64,000 nt of DNA. It comes from the human T2T-CHM13v2.0 reference genome, Homo sapiens. The position numbers and the translations under genes were made by a program. The notes under the pieces are model-generated. The model was not told the origin of the DNA. It did not search any database and saw only the letters and a list, made by a program, of their open reading frames with translations. Location of the stretch: NCBI RefSeq assembly GCF_009914755.1, contig NC_060925.1, one strand, 5' to 3'. Shown here in pieces: positions 15,531 through 29,160 of this stretch; position 1 is the first letter of the stretch; each line of letters starts with the position of its first letter.

Positions 15531-16786
15531 TCTGTTTTATTTGTGGTTTTCAAATGTGATTGTGCCCCACTAGTGTATCTGAATCCCATACCAACAAATG
15601 GGACACCACTTAGTAAAACATTTCTTTACTAATTGTAAAATACAAGCTAAATCAGGCAGAATCTAAGTAGACACCAATCTCAATCTTCTAGAATCTTTAA
15701 GAAAGAACATTAATTTTAAAAATAAAATGAAATAAAAGTTATAGCCTCCTGTGCTGCAACTCCATTCATCACATCACCACCCATTCTAGACTTTCTTCAT
15801 CCTTGGCCAACACTCCAACTGGCAGGGGCAGTTAGACATGCGTTAGGTGAAGCTTCTAGTTCAACATCATCATTAGTATCCCCTAGAACAAAATGTTTTC
15901 CCTCTGGGAACTAGGATACCATCCCTGGCAAAACTTAAAGCTGCAAGAAAGAGAAACAATAATTGCACAAATGATTCAGTGGGTACGATGGCCAGATGTG
16001 TTTTACTGTTTGAATCCCTCATTTCCATGGATCATTTAATCTACTTATTGGAACATGCCACCATATATTGGCAAATGATTCAATGTATGTTGTCTTTCCT
16101 GGTATAACTCCACAAGGTGTTCCCCAAAAACTTACATATGCCTTCAACACTTCTAACAGTCTGGTTGTTTCTCAGTGATAAAGCATAATGTAAAGCCAGT
16201 GAGATCCATGATCCTAAGCTTATTGTTCCAATTCTTTGCATAGTATGTGCCTCCTGGTCTGAATCAACATTGCTTTTGATACCATGTTCATGAATCAGGC
16301 ATTCTATAAGCCCTCAGACTGCATATAGAGACAGCACGATGAAGAAAATCATCTGTCTCTCTAGAATGTGTATTAAATCTGGTAAAATGAATAGCTACAC
16401 CTCTCAAAGTGCAAGAAATATAATGTAATTGACCAGCTCTTAGGTGGCAGGCAGTTTCCTATGCATTATCAAGGGCTCAGCATCTTTCTTTTCTGCGAGC
16501 AGGTTGGGCATTGATGAGTGTCAAAAGCTAGATGCCTTGTTAAGAAGAATTCCATTTTCTTAGAACAATGCATAGTCCTCATATTTGTTACTATGTCCAC
16601 CCTGCCCATGGGCCCACTTTAAATAACTTAGGTGGCACAGGAAAGAAGCTATCTAATTTCCATAGCATATACTCTTCTCCACCTGCTGGCTAAAAAAAAA
16701 AAAAAACTCATCTGTGCCATTGCTATCCTTTGACATTTAAATGAAACACAAAGATTCATGCATTTTTACTCATGAACAGAAATTCA

Positions 16787-16817
16787 TATATATATATATA
16801 TTATATATATATGTATA
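16787..16817. repeat. (TA)n microsatellite
   Basis: atatatatatatatattatatatatatg. Confidence 0.9.
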
Positions 16818-17152
16818 CATTTGTGTCAGAACTACCTCGCACTTATCTTCTAAGTTGTTCATGCCAGCCCACTGACCAGGTGTTTACAGTTACCTTGCAC
16901 AGAAGATAGGACATACATGTATATATATTCCAGAACAATTTTCTTCCATAGGAAGTAGATAACCAAGTTTACTGATTGCACCTCTATGTACCAGAAAAGT
17001 TTTTCTCTACCTTTATCTTTTGGATCCATGCTGATGTGCCAGTAATATGGTAACAATTCATTTCCAGTTAATGCTATCATAAAGGTTTAACTCTTCATTA
17101 AATTGTTTTTGAAACTAATTCCTTTCATCTCTCCTTTATTTGGTCTTATTAT

Positions 17153-17613
17153 TGTATTAGTCGCAGTTCCCTAGAAAAACAGAACCAATAATCTATCTAT
17201 CTATCTACCTACCTACCTACCTATCTATCTATCTATCGATCAATATATTTATCTAGCTAGCTAGCTCCATCTTCTGCAAGCTGGAGAAACAGCAAACCCA
17301 TTGATGTACTTCATTCTGAGTCAGAAAATCTGGCAACAAGGAGTGCTGATGTCCAAGGGCAGAAAAAGATAGAAGTCTCAGCTCAAACATAGAGAGTGAA
17401 TTTGCCCTTCCTTCTTTTTGCTCTGTCCCAGCCCTCAGTGGATTGGATGATGCCCACCCATATTGTTGAGAGCAGACCTTGTTTGCTCGGTCTACTGATT
17501 CAGATGCTAATTTCTTCTGGAAACACCACATAGACACATCCAGAAATAATGTTTTACCAGCTATCTGGGCATCCCTTAGCCCAATCAAGTTGACACATAA
17601 ACTAACCATCACA
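17153..17613 (-). mobile_element. MLT2 (MLT2B-like) solo LTR containing a (CTAT/CTAC)n tract at 17191-17237
   Basis: tgtattagtc…agaaaaacagaaccaata…gattggatgatgcccacccatatt…ccaatcaagttgacacataaa.taaccatcaca. Confidence 0.9.
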
Positions 17614-17814
17614 GGCATCATGAAGTCTTTGTTGTATATTCAGGAAGAATGTAAACAAAGGTAAGTGACATTGAGTTTTACCCACCTGTCCAGGTGCATT
17701 CCTTCTCTATCTACTAAAAGCTGTTCCCAAATGTGCTATTAATAGAGAAGAACAGAACGATGTCTTTCAAAAAGGGATTATGACCAAGTTATTCCCATAT
17801 AATGTTTTAATGAG

Positions 17815-18104
17815 AGCTAGGCACTGCCTATAGAGCTGACTATAGTCCCAGCAAGTTGGGAGGCTGAGATGGGAGGATAATTTGCTGCCAGGAGTTTGAG
17901 ATCAGCCCAGGCAACATACTGAGACCTCATCTCTAAAAAGTTTTAAAAATTAGCCCGTTGTGGTGGTACATGCCTGAAGTTCCAGTTACTCAAGGGGCTG
18001 AGGGTGAGAGGAGCGTTTGAGCTCAGGAGTTGGAAGTGCAGTGAGCTATGATCATGCCACGGCACTTCTGCCTGGGCAAAAGGGCAAGATTCTGTCTCTT
18101 AAAA
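17815..18104 (+). mobile_element. AluJ (Jo/Jr-like); tail replaced by TG/CA/TA low-complexity sequence to about 18160
   Basis: Diverged dimer with J diagnostics (gagctcaggagtt..aa.tgcagtgagctatgatcatgcca). Confidence 0.9.
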
Positions 18105-19399
18105 TGCATGTGTATGTGTATACACACACATGTACATACATGTTTGTGTGTATATATATTTTAATTAACAGCAAGAGAATAATTACAGCTAATACAGTAG
18201 CAATGTAGACAATATGGTAAAAATTTACTGTTGTCCTTACCATACAAAGATGAATTGGCTTTAATGTAAGTTGCAAAAAAAAGAATGGGCACAAACTAAA
18301 TCCTAGACACAGTGTTACCATACCAGTAAATATAAAATATCATACCAGTAAATACCATACCAGTAAATATAAAAATATAGAATAGTTGAAATAAAGAATA
18401 TATTCTTGTTATGTTTACAGTAGTCCACTGATTTCCACCATAACCTAGTTGTTCTATCAAGAGGCCTGACAGATAAATTGAATGGCGAATACCACCTTGT
18501 ATCTTTCAATATTTGATTGTGACTCTAACTTTTGAATTCATTCAGGAGCACAGTATCTCTTCTTATTTTCTATCATAAAGATAATGTGTCACGGTGGTAG
18601 GCAGTTCCTGGGCCTTCATTTGGCCTTTTCTATTACTATAATTATCTTAATCCTTGGGTCAAAAGTGTATGTAATGATATGTTAGCTGTTAGGTTGACAG
18701 ATGCATTGATAAACAGACAAATGTGTATCAATAAATTAAACATAGTATAGATTTGTGAACAAACTGAGCCATCAATTGATTCCAAACCCAATTTATCACC
18801 TTACCTCCTTATGCCACAGCCATAGGATCAAAAATAATTTTTGGTACCCTGACATCAAAATTTACTTTCCTAAACTTACCATTTTATTACTGCAAGGTCT
18901 AAATAACATTGAAGCAGGTGAATCCAGTCCACAGTCTTCATAATTATCACTGCTACTCATATTAAGTGTTATGGCTGCTTGCCCTCTCAATGCCTTAAAG
19001 TCTACGTGTTTCTATCTTAATTAATCACAAAAAAAGCTTTTAAAAATGCTATGTCACTTCCTGCCAAGAATAATTACTTTCTCAGTTACCAAGAGGAATG
19101 ATGCCCATATTGCTTTCAAACAAGTTTGTAATTAAAATCCAAAATAATATCTTGAGCATCTATCATTTAAAATTATGTTGTATAGTGATAATCTTCGATC
19201 AAGTAAGTTCAAAAACAGAGAAACAAAAATATAAAGGAAAGCTTTGCTATTAATGTATTGATCCTTAGGAGGCCCAGGCAAGAAGAGTGATACTAAAATA
19301 AAATGTGGTAAAGAGTTGAAAGAAGATATTAGTTCATCTGTTACCAAATTCTATTTCCTTTACAAAGACTGCCACTATCCTTGGAAAAATCCATTAGAC

Positions 19400-19660
19400 G
19401 AAGACATTAAAAAGGAGTTTACTTTATAACCACCTCCCCTGTGCACTCTTTCACTGCCCAGAATTTGTCTGACCGGTAAGTAACCCCACCACACTTCTGT
19501 GTAACTGAATTTGGTCTATAGGCAGCTTCTGGGCAAATGAACAGGCATACTCAGTGTCAGTCACAACCAGGGTGGCTCAGCTGGAATGGGGGATAAGAGT
19601 CCAGGAACAAGTTGTGCCTCAAAGAATCTGAAGCATTAATGCACAAAAGGTGTGCATTAA
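19400..19660 (-). mobile_element. Possible 5' LTR remnant (LTR41/LTR33-type) of the ERVL provirus
   Basis: aagttgtgcct…atctgaag…tgcacaaaaggtgtg resembles the reverse-complemented start of LTR41-type LTRs. Confidence 0.4.
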
Positions 19661-19771
19661 TAATTCAGCAACACTCAACATGGATCAGTCTTAAAAATAT
19701 AAAGGGGTGTTTATAACCTAAATTAAGGTTGAAGACAAATAGCTATACATGTTATCACCACTAATAGGCAC

Positions 19772-20688
19772 TGTAACAGTTATCAATGTATTGCCCCTCA
19801 TTTCCAATCTATCCTTATTTACCCTTCTTTGTGATACTGGGGCTGCACTCTGAATGCCTCCTTTGCTAGATAGGACAAAAGAAGCTATGTCAACAAAGGC
19901 TACTGGAGTGATGATGCAAGGCTATCACGAGAAGAAGGAGCTCCCCTTATCCTGGGGTTCTGTTTCTCCTTCAGCATGGTTGCCCGTTGGTGGTATGCTG
20001 GAGGGCATGTCACTGACCTCAGTAGTCCTAGCAGATCACTTCTACCTTACTCATATGTACCAGTGATTTTTTTTTTTTTTTGCTTACTCAGGGGCCATTC
20101 CTTTGACCAGCTTTAGCCCACCTTCACTATCCAGTAAGTTTTTCAGCACTTACTGAATCATTCCCATGGACTAACTTCAGCCCGCCTTCCAGTGAATTTC
20201 TCAGCTGCCTACTACATACTTTTTGTGAACCAGTTACAACTAAAGCTCACCATTTGGTGAATTTCTCCACCACCCTATGAGTCATTCCTTTGACTCAGCT
20301 CCAGACTGCCACACTTTCCAGCAAGTACCTCTACTACACAATATCCAGTTTCTTCAGTCCAGTTTTGGCCCAAACCTCTGGCAAGTTTCTTTGTCACCAG
20401 TACTCCATTTGTTTCTGTCAAAGCCATGACCTGACTGACAAGGTTATAATCTCAACACCGGGGAGCTGAAAAAGGGAGAAAAAGGGAATCATCTAAGTGC
20501 TTAATTTCTTTTTTATTCATTCTCTCTTGGTCCTAGAGATAGCAGCCACTTTCTTTGTTATTTATTTTTTTTTTATTCCTTAGGGTGCTCCTGTGACCAA
20601 TTTCACCTCCTTTTTTCTAGCTAATAATTCCTTTAATTTTTCCCACACTTCAATTCCTGGTATAGGTGACTGTACCTTGACTAAAACA
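19772..20688 (+). mobile_element. ERVL solo LTR (LTR50/LTR33-like)
   Basis: TG…CA termini (tgtaacagttatcaat…ttgcccctca…ttgtgatactggggctg; …ccttgactaaaaca); degenerate 5-bp flanks ggcac/agtac. Confidence 0.6.
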
Positions 20689-20932
20689 AGTACGATCTTC
20701 TTAGTACTCTGTTGGTTATTTGAATGTCTTTGGCATACAGTGATTTTATTTAAAAGCCAAATTGCATTCCATCTTGGAGCTACCGTATGAATGTGAGTGT
20801 GACTCTGGATAACTGTTGTCCGTGGTAGAATTTTACTTCAAAATTATAAGTTGTAACTTGATTTTATGGCCCTGGCTTAAACACTCTAACCTGGGATTCT
20901 TTCATCTAGGAACACTCAGGCTTAAAACTGAA

Positions 20933-20977
20933 TGTGTGCGTGTGTGTGTGTTTGTGTGTGTAATGTGTATGTGCACA
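20933..20977. repeat. Imperfect (TG)n microsatellite
   Basis: tgtgtgcgtgtgtgtgtgtttgtgtgtg…. Confidence 0.85.
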
Positions 20978-22518
20978 CACTGTTCCAAATCAATTGACAT
21001 TGTGACTCTTGCATAACAGTTTTTGTGCACTGGTGATAAACTTAGTGAGTCATTCTTCCTCTCATTCCTTCAAAGTTCTACTCAATGTCCCTTTACAGAA
21101 AGTCTTTTACTACTAGCATTACACAGGAGTCTTTTTTATTCCAATACTGCTATTTTTCAGAGGGGGTAGTATTTCTAAAGTGATAAGGTAGTTGTTCTGA
21201 AATTCAGGTTTTTATAGTAAATATCCATGATTCAAGAGAGCTGGTATGGACACCATGTCTGAAATGAGTGTCTTAAATACTGTGACCATCATTCTAGTGT
21301 TTTACTTACTAGTTGACATATAAGAAGTTAAGAGAATGAAATTTTTCAGTGCAGAGAACAGTGAAAATATTAACATGTCCTCTTTTTTTATTCAAACTAT
21401 TTACTTAACATTTTGATGAAAACTTGCTCACCTCCCATCCAAGAAAATCAACTGTTGGTAAGTTACAGTATTACTAACATTACATTTTGCTTGGTATGTA
21501 GAAGTGAAATTCCCTAGATATCATTTTACAAGTACTGATTCTGCAACATGCAGTAATTGAGGTTTCATTTATTTTACAGGGCACACAATATGCTGAAATT
21601 GCATTATATAGAAATACAGTTCATTTAAATATAAATTTTCTAGGAGAGCAAAATAATCTACATTGTCTGCTAAATTTCTTCCCCACTAAAATTATATTAC
21701 AATTAATCTTCAAATAATTTTAGAATAGCAACTATGACTATCAAATACTTTACAGCAATAAACATAACTGATTGAAAATGGAATTTTTCACCAATTTTCC
21801 AACTGAGGAAACTCTACTCTCTAGAATAAAATAATATGAAAATTAAATTGGATATTATATCCATAAAACTGCATTTTTGGAATGCAAATGTTAGTGTCCT
21901 GTGTACAAAATTAATTAAAACATCAGTCTTTCCCAAATTACAACTGTATAATTTCATTGCTGTTTATAATGATTCTTTCTACCAATTTATGTTCTGGAAG
22001 AAAGTAAAATTATATCCCAGAAGCAAAGATGAAAACTAGCACCAACACCATCATTTCAAAGTGTCTTCATTCAAAAATTCACTGTGTTTTTAAGATCTTG
22101 GTTTCTAAACTCTGTCCTTGTGTATAATAGTGGAGGCAACTCTAAATGGTTATTTAACTTGAAAAGACATTTGCAAAACCAACCCCAAGAATGAATAGAG
22201 TTCACTTTCTTGAAAAGCTGAATCATGAAATTAGCTGTGACAAAGTACACGCAAGCCTGAAGCATGTGATTTTTTTACATTTTTCTTCACATGCCATATA
22301 GCTTCTAAAATCAAATGATCCTATAACTTCAAAGGAAGCTGAAATCTTAAAAATTAGTAGTACAAGATGTAAAAGATGAAGGAAAACATCAGACAGTATT
22401 TAGAGAATCATACCAATAGATAAATAAATCATTATGTATGTAACTACTCCATTAAGCCCTACTAACAGTGCACTTTCCACCAGAGAGACAAAGAGGAAGG
22501 TGGACCCAAGAAGAGTCC

Positions 22519-23067
22519 TGTAGCCTTGGCTGTGTATAAGCTCTGTGCTAATTAATTCCTCATGTCCTTTTCCCACTTCTTACTTACTAAAATCAATCTA
22601 GTTTCTTCAGGCATTCTCACATGATCCAGGGAAATGTGGCCCCCACCTCAAGTTCCAGGAGTTAAGATTGTGATTCTTATAAAACAAATATAGTAATACT
22701 TTTCCTTCCAAGAATGAATGATTGGCTTATGAATGGGCAGGTAACCAAATAAGGGCCAATGAAAAATAAGAGAAAATTAGTCACAAGATTTATCAAAATT
22801 TTTTTCTCACGCCTAAGAAAGTCATTGAAGCACATCGTTTCTATGTGTGCTCCATAAGGGGTCACAATTTGGTTGTGACATATAAAATTACTGCAGCTAC
22901 TTCCTCCAAGCCTGTAGATTAAACTAACATAGACAAGCTAAAGTTACCCCTACCTCCACCTCAACTTTTGAATGTCTTTTTTTTCTGAACAATAAATTTC
23001 CACTTGTTTAATCCAGTTTAAACTGTGCTTTCTCTCTCTTACAGCTAAGAGCAGCCCAGTTTACTCA
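22519..23067 (+). mobile_element. Old MaLR LTR (MLT1I/J/K-type)
   Basis: tgattggctt.tgaatgggca.gt.accaaat…ggccaatga…caataaatttcc.cttgtttaa.ccagttt…ttacagctaa.agca. Confidence 0.65.
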
Positions 23068-23371
23068 GTATATTTTAATAAGATTTATTATTTTTCACTC
23101 TGGAAATGCTTGATTTGGTCCATCTAAATAAAATCAATATAATAACTTCAAATACATATGAATGACAGTTATTAAATTTGACTGTAGGTTGAATAAAAAA
23201 TAAACAACTATTTTAAAAATATAAATATCAATTCATATAGTCAGAAATGACTGCATCTTCATCTCTTATAAGAGAGGATCAATATTCGATTTTATAAAAC
23301 CAAAAATGACTAAAACATGTCCTGTGTCTTCAAAGTGTCGAAATCAGCTGATAAAAGTTAAATAAGTAAAA

Positions 23372-23690
23372 GCATTTCATATCCACTCTGTTTTTATTTT
23401 TCAAGAATAAAATATATAATCGTTAACTACAGACTCTTATACTCATTTTTCCTGTCTAACTGTAATTATGTATCCTCTGACCAACATCTCCAAACCTCCC
23501 AACCCTGCAACCAACTAGCTTCTGGTAACCACTATTCTACTGTCCAGTCTTATAAGAATTATATGAGGTAATGCATTTGTTACTTAGCTAGATTTAACAA
23601 TTTCACAATGTATATATAACTTAAAAATCATGTTGTCTATTATAAATATATACAAGGTTATCAATCAATTTTTAAAAATTAATTAAATAA
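23372..23690 (+). mobile_element. Short L1MA 3'-UTR insertion with 5' inversion (23372-23550 antisense, 23551-23690 sense)
   Basis: Antisense L1MA 3'UTR (cctgtctaactgtaatt…tctggtaaccactattctact) joined to the sense terminal part (tgaggtaatgcat.tgtt…ataaatatatacaa). TSD ttaaataag[t/c]aaa at 23358-23370 and 23683-23695. Confidence 0.8.
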
Positions 23691-23729
23691 GCAAAGTATG
23701 ATCTAATCAGTAGACTTGGCCTTAATGGA

Positions 23730-24360
23730 CAGAGTACAAAATAAAAGGCTTCGCTGAGCATATAAAAGTCAGGAAAGGTTTTGATGAATTAAAGTAGGCA
23801 ATGTTGGAGGAAAAAGAAAGAAATAGGAAGCAATTACAATTGTTAAGGCAAGATGAAACAAGTTCCTGGAGTTTGGCAAGGCAGTAAATATTGAAAACTG
23901 TGAATGCAGTTGTTGATTTATTGATTGTATTGAATGAGAGAGATGGAAGATTCCAAGATTGCCTTAACTTGCATCACTACTTAATAGATGAAGTCACTAA
24001 ATTGAAAATGATATATAAGACAAAGAATAAGTTGTGTATGTGGTTGATTATAATGAACATGTTATTTACATGTTATCTGAAACCCCCTTTATTATATTTA
24101 GGTAGAGATGTCCAGTAGCAATTAGAGTTCCGGGCTTGGAACTAAAAAGATGGAGTTTAAAATATCTAATCAGGAGTCATTGGTACATACGGTTAAAATA
24201 ATGAGATTCGATGAAAAATGCTTGACGATTCTGAAAATGGGAAAAGGAAACATGAAACACTCAAAAACTGATATTTGATAATCTGTCAAAAGAAACAGAT
24301 TCAATAATGAGAACTAAAAAGCTATGGGCAGAAAGTTTATAGGAAAACCAGGATGGAGTT
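23730..24360 (-). mobile_element. L2 remnant
   Basis: gtagagatgtccagtagcaattaga…ggagtcattgg.acata.gg typical of antisense L2. Confidence 0.65.
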
Positions 24361-24648
24361 ATTGATTTCCTTTGTCAGTTAACAGAGTCCACAAATGATT
24401 GTGTTCTGAGAGGTTGTCTAGTTTTACATTTGTGTGTGTGTGGTTTTCTGGAAGAAGCAGGGTACTATAGTGTTTCCATCCACAGTAGCCAGAAATATCA
24501 GCCCTGAGATCCCCAGATTATTTTGTTGAGGTCCAGTAGCCTAATGCCCATGGTTCTCTGGATCAATAATGATTTTTAAACATGAGTCCATGTTATTGCT
24601 GGCTTCTTTCTCAGTCCCCATGTACTGGGAAATACCCCCTACTCTTCC

Positions 24649-26429
24649 ATTATTATTATTGTACTTTAAGTTCTGGGATACGTGTGCAGAACATGCAGGT
24701 TTGTTACACAGATATACACATGCCATGCTGGTTTGCTGCACTGATCAACCCATCAACTACATTAGGTATTTCTTCTAATGCTATCCCTCCCCTAGACCCC
24801 CACCCCCCGACAGGCCCTGGTATGTGATGTTCCCATCCCTGTGACCATGTGTTCTCATTGTTCAACTCCCACTAATGAGTGAGCACATGTGGGGTTTGGT
24901 TTTCTGTTCCTGTGTAAGTTTGCTGAGAATGATGGTTTCCAGCTTCATCCATGTTTCTGCAAAGGACATGAACTCATCCTTTTTTATGGTTGCATAGTAT
25001 TCCATGGTGTATATGTGCCACATTTTCTTTATCCATTCTATCATTGATGGGCATTTGGGTTGGTTCCAAGTCTTTGATATTGTGAACAATACTGCAATAA
25101 ACATATGTGTGCTTGTGTCTTTATAGTAGAATGATTTATAATCCTTTGGGTATATATATCCCAGTAATAGGATTGCTGGGTCAAATGGTATTTCTGGTTC
25201 TAGATCCTTGTGGAATCGCCACACTGTCTTCCACAATGGTTGAACTAATTTACACTCCCCACCATTCCTATTTCTCCACATCCTCTCCAGCATCTGTTGT
25301 TTCCTGACATTTTAATGATCAACCACTCTAACTGGTGTGAGGTGATATCTCAACGTGGTTTTGACTTGCATTTCTCTAATGACCAGTGATGATGAGCTTT
25401 TTTTCATATGTTTGTTGGCTACATAAAGGTCTTCTTTTGAGAAGTGTCTGTTTATATCCTTTGCCCACTTTTTGATGGGGTAGTTTTTTTTTTTCTTGTA
25501 AATTTGTGTAAGTTCCTTGTAGATTCTGGATATTAGTCCTTTGTCAAATGAATAGATTGAAAAAAATGTCTCCCATTCTGTAGGTTGCCTGTTCACTCTG
25601 ATGATAGTTTATTTTGTTGTACAGAAGCTCTTTATTTTAATTAGATCCCATTTGTCAATTTTGGCTTTTGTTGCCATTGCTTTTGGTGTTTTAGTCATGA
25701 AGTCTTTGCCCATGCCTATGTCCTGAATGGTATTGCCTAGGTTTTCTTCTAGGGTTTTTATGGTTTTAGGTCTTACGTTTAAGTCATTAATCCATCTTGA
25801 GTTTTGTATAAGGTGTGAGGAAGGGGTCCAGTTTCAGTTTTCTGCATATGGCTAGCCAGTTTTCCCAACACTATTTATTGAATAGGGAATCCCTTCTCCA
25901 TTGCTTGTTTTTATCAGTTTTGTCAAAGATCAGATGGTTGTAGATGTGTGGCATTATTTCTGAGGCATCTGTTCTGTTCCATTGGTCTATATATCTTTTC
26001 TGGTATTAGTACCATGCTGTTTTGGTTAGTATAGCCTTATAGTATAGCTTGAAGTCAGGTACCATGATGCCTCCAACTTTCTTCTTTTTGCTAAGGATTT
26101 TCTTGGCTATACGGACTCTTTTTTGATTCCATATGAAATTTAAAGTAGTTTTTTCTACCTCTGTGAAGAAAGTCAATGGTAGCTTGATGGGGATAGCATT
26201 GAATCTATAAATTACTTTGGGTAGTATGGCAATTTTCATGATAATGATTATTCCTATTCATGAGCATGGAATATTTTTCCATTTGTTTGTGTCTTCTGTT
26301 ATTTCCTTGAGCAGTGGTTTGTAGTTCTCCTTAAAGAGGTCCTTTACATTCCTTGTAAATTGTATTCCTAGGTATTTTATTCTCTTTGTAGCAATTGTGA
26401 ATGGGAGTTCACCCGTGATTTGGCTCTCT

Positions 26430-26430
<1 letters not shown>
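24649..26430 (-). mobile_element. L1PA (about PA7) 3' portion with (TAA)n tail
   Basis: ORFs 24862-25293(-), 25312-25596(-) and 26006-26239(-) are L1 ORF2 C-terminal peptides; the 3'UTR and tail abut TSD ctactctt (24639-24646). Confidence 0.95.
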
Positions 26431-28256
<1,826 letters not shown>

Positions 28257-29034
28257 TGAAGTTTTTTTACATTTTCAAGCAGCTCACTTAAAAAGAATTA
28301 ATTCTGGCAAGTAAAAGCTTTCTTTCACACACAATTCTGAGCCTCAACAGAATCTAAAAATGCATTGCCATTACCAGAATCTGGGAATACATTAATTTTA
28401 AACTTCAGACTTCTTATGCCCTGTCATAGGCTATGTCAGCAAGCAATGAATTGGATCTGTATTTATTTTGTCCCCAAGCTTTCTAAGTGGATTCCATGAA
28501 GGTCTGTCCCAAGGTTTGAACTGAAATGTTGACATATACTAAAACCTTCCCCTTTATTGGGAGCTACTCACTCACTATTCTGTTTCTAAGATCCACCCTG
28601 CTGATATGTATTGCTCCAGGTTATTAATCTTAATCGCAAAATGGTATTTTGTATGAATAAACTGTTACTTATCCATGTTCTTTTGAAACATGTGTATTTT
28701 TAAATCTGATTAAGCTACCAGAAAAGCCTATTTAGTGGTTTACCATCATCAGTTAAGTTGCCTTAAAAATAATATAAATGATTATTTTCTAGTATCAGCC
28801 TTTACAAATTTATGGAATATAAAATAGAATTACTGAGTTTATTTAAGAAGTCATTTGTGAAATGACCTTAAGGAGTCCAAACCTGAACACAATCAAGTAT
28901 AGGTTGTAGGTTGCAACAAACAGTAAAATGTAAGCAAATGAGTTTGAGGTAACTGTGACAAGTAATTCCAAGAGGAATAACACCATGATTTTTAAAACCA
29001 TATATAAGTAATACTATTTAATCTACATAACAAT

Positions 29035-29160
29035 GTAATATTATTGTCTTTGTTGAAACATGAGAAAATTAAGGCAGAAGGAGTTTATGCACTTTTCCAA
29101 TTTTAAAAAGTGAATTGTGGACTTTGGACTTAAACCTAGACACTCAGACTCCAGTCTGTA
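29035..29160 (-). mobile_element. MIR fragment
   Basis: catgagaaaattaaggcaga..gagttt…ggacttaaacctag…tcagactccag (MIR core). Confidence 0.5.

Larger units (their letters stand above)
15735..19350 (-). mobile_element. Decayed ERVL internal sequence (ERV3-16A3_I/ERVL-E-like), interrupted by MLT2 and AluJ
   Basis: ORF 18315-18509(-) YSPFNLSVRPLDRTTRLWWKSVDYCKHN aligns with the ERVL RT motif [27 protein letters not shown]. 15740-16130 resembles the ERVL 3' pol region. Confidence 0.65.

Noticed and set aside
20095-20400. CRISPR-like repeat/spacer appearance
   Set aside because: Units are degenerate over their whole length, lie inside a mammalian LTR, and there are no cas genes; eukaryotic DNA.
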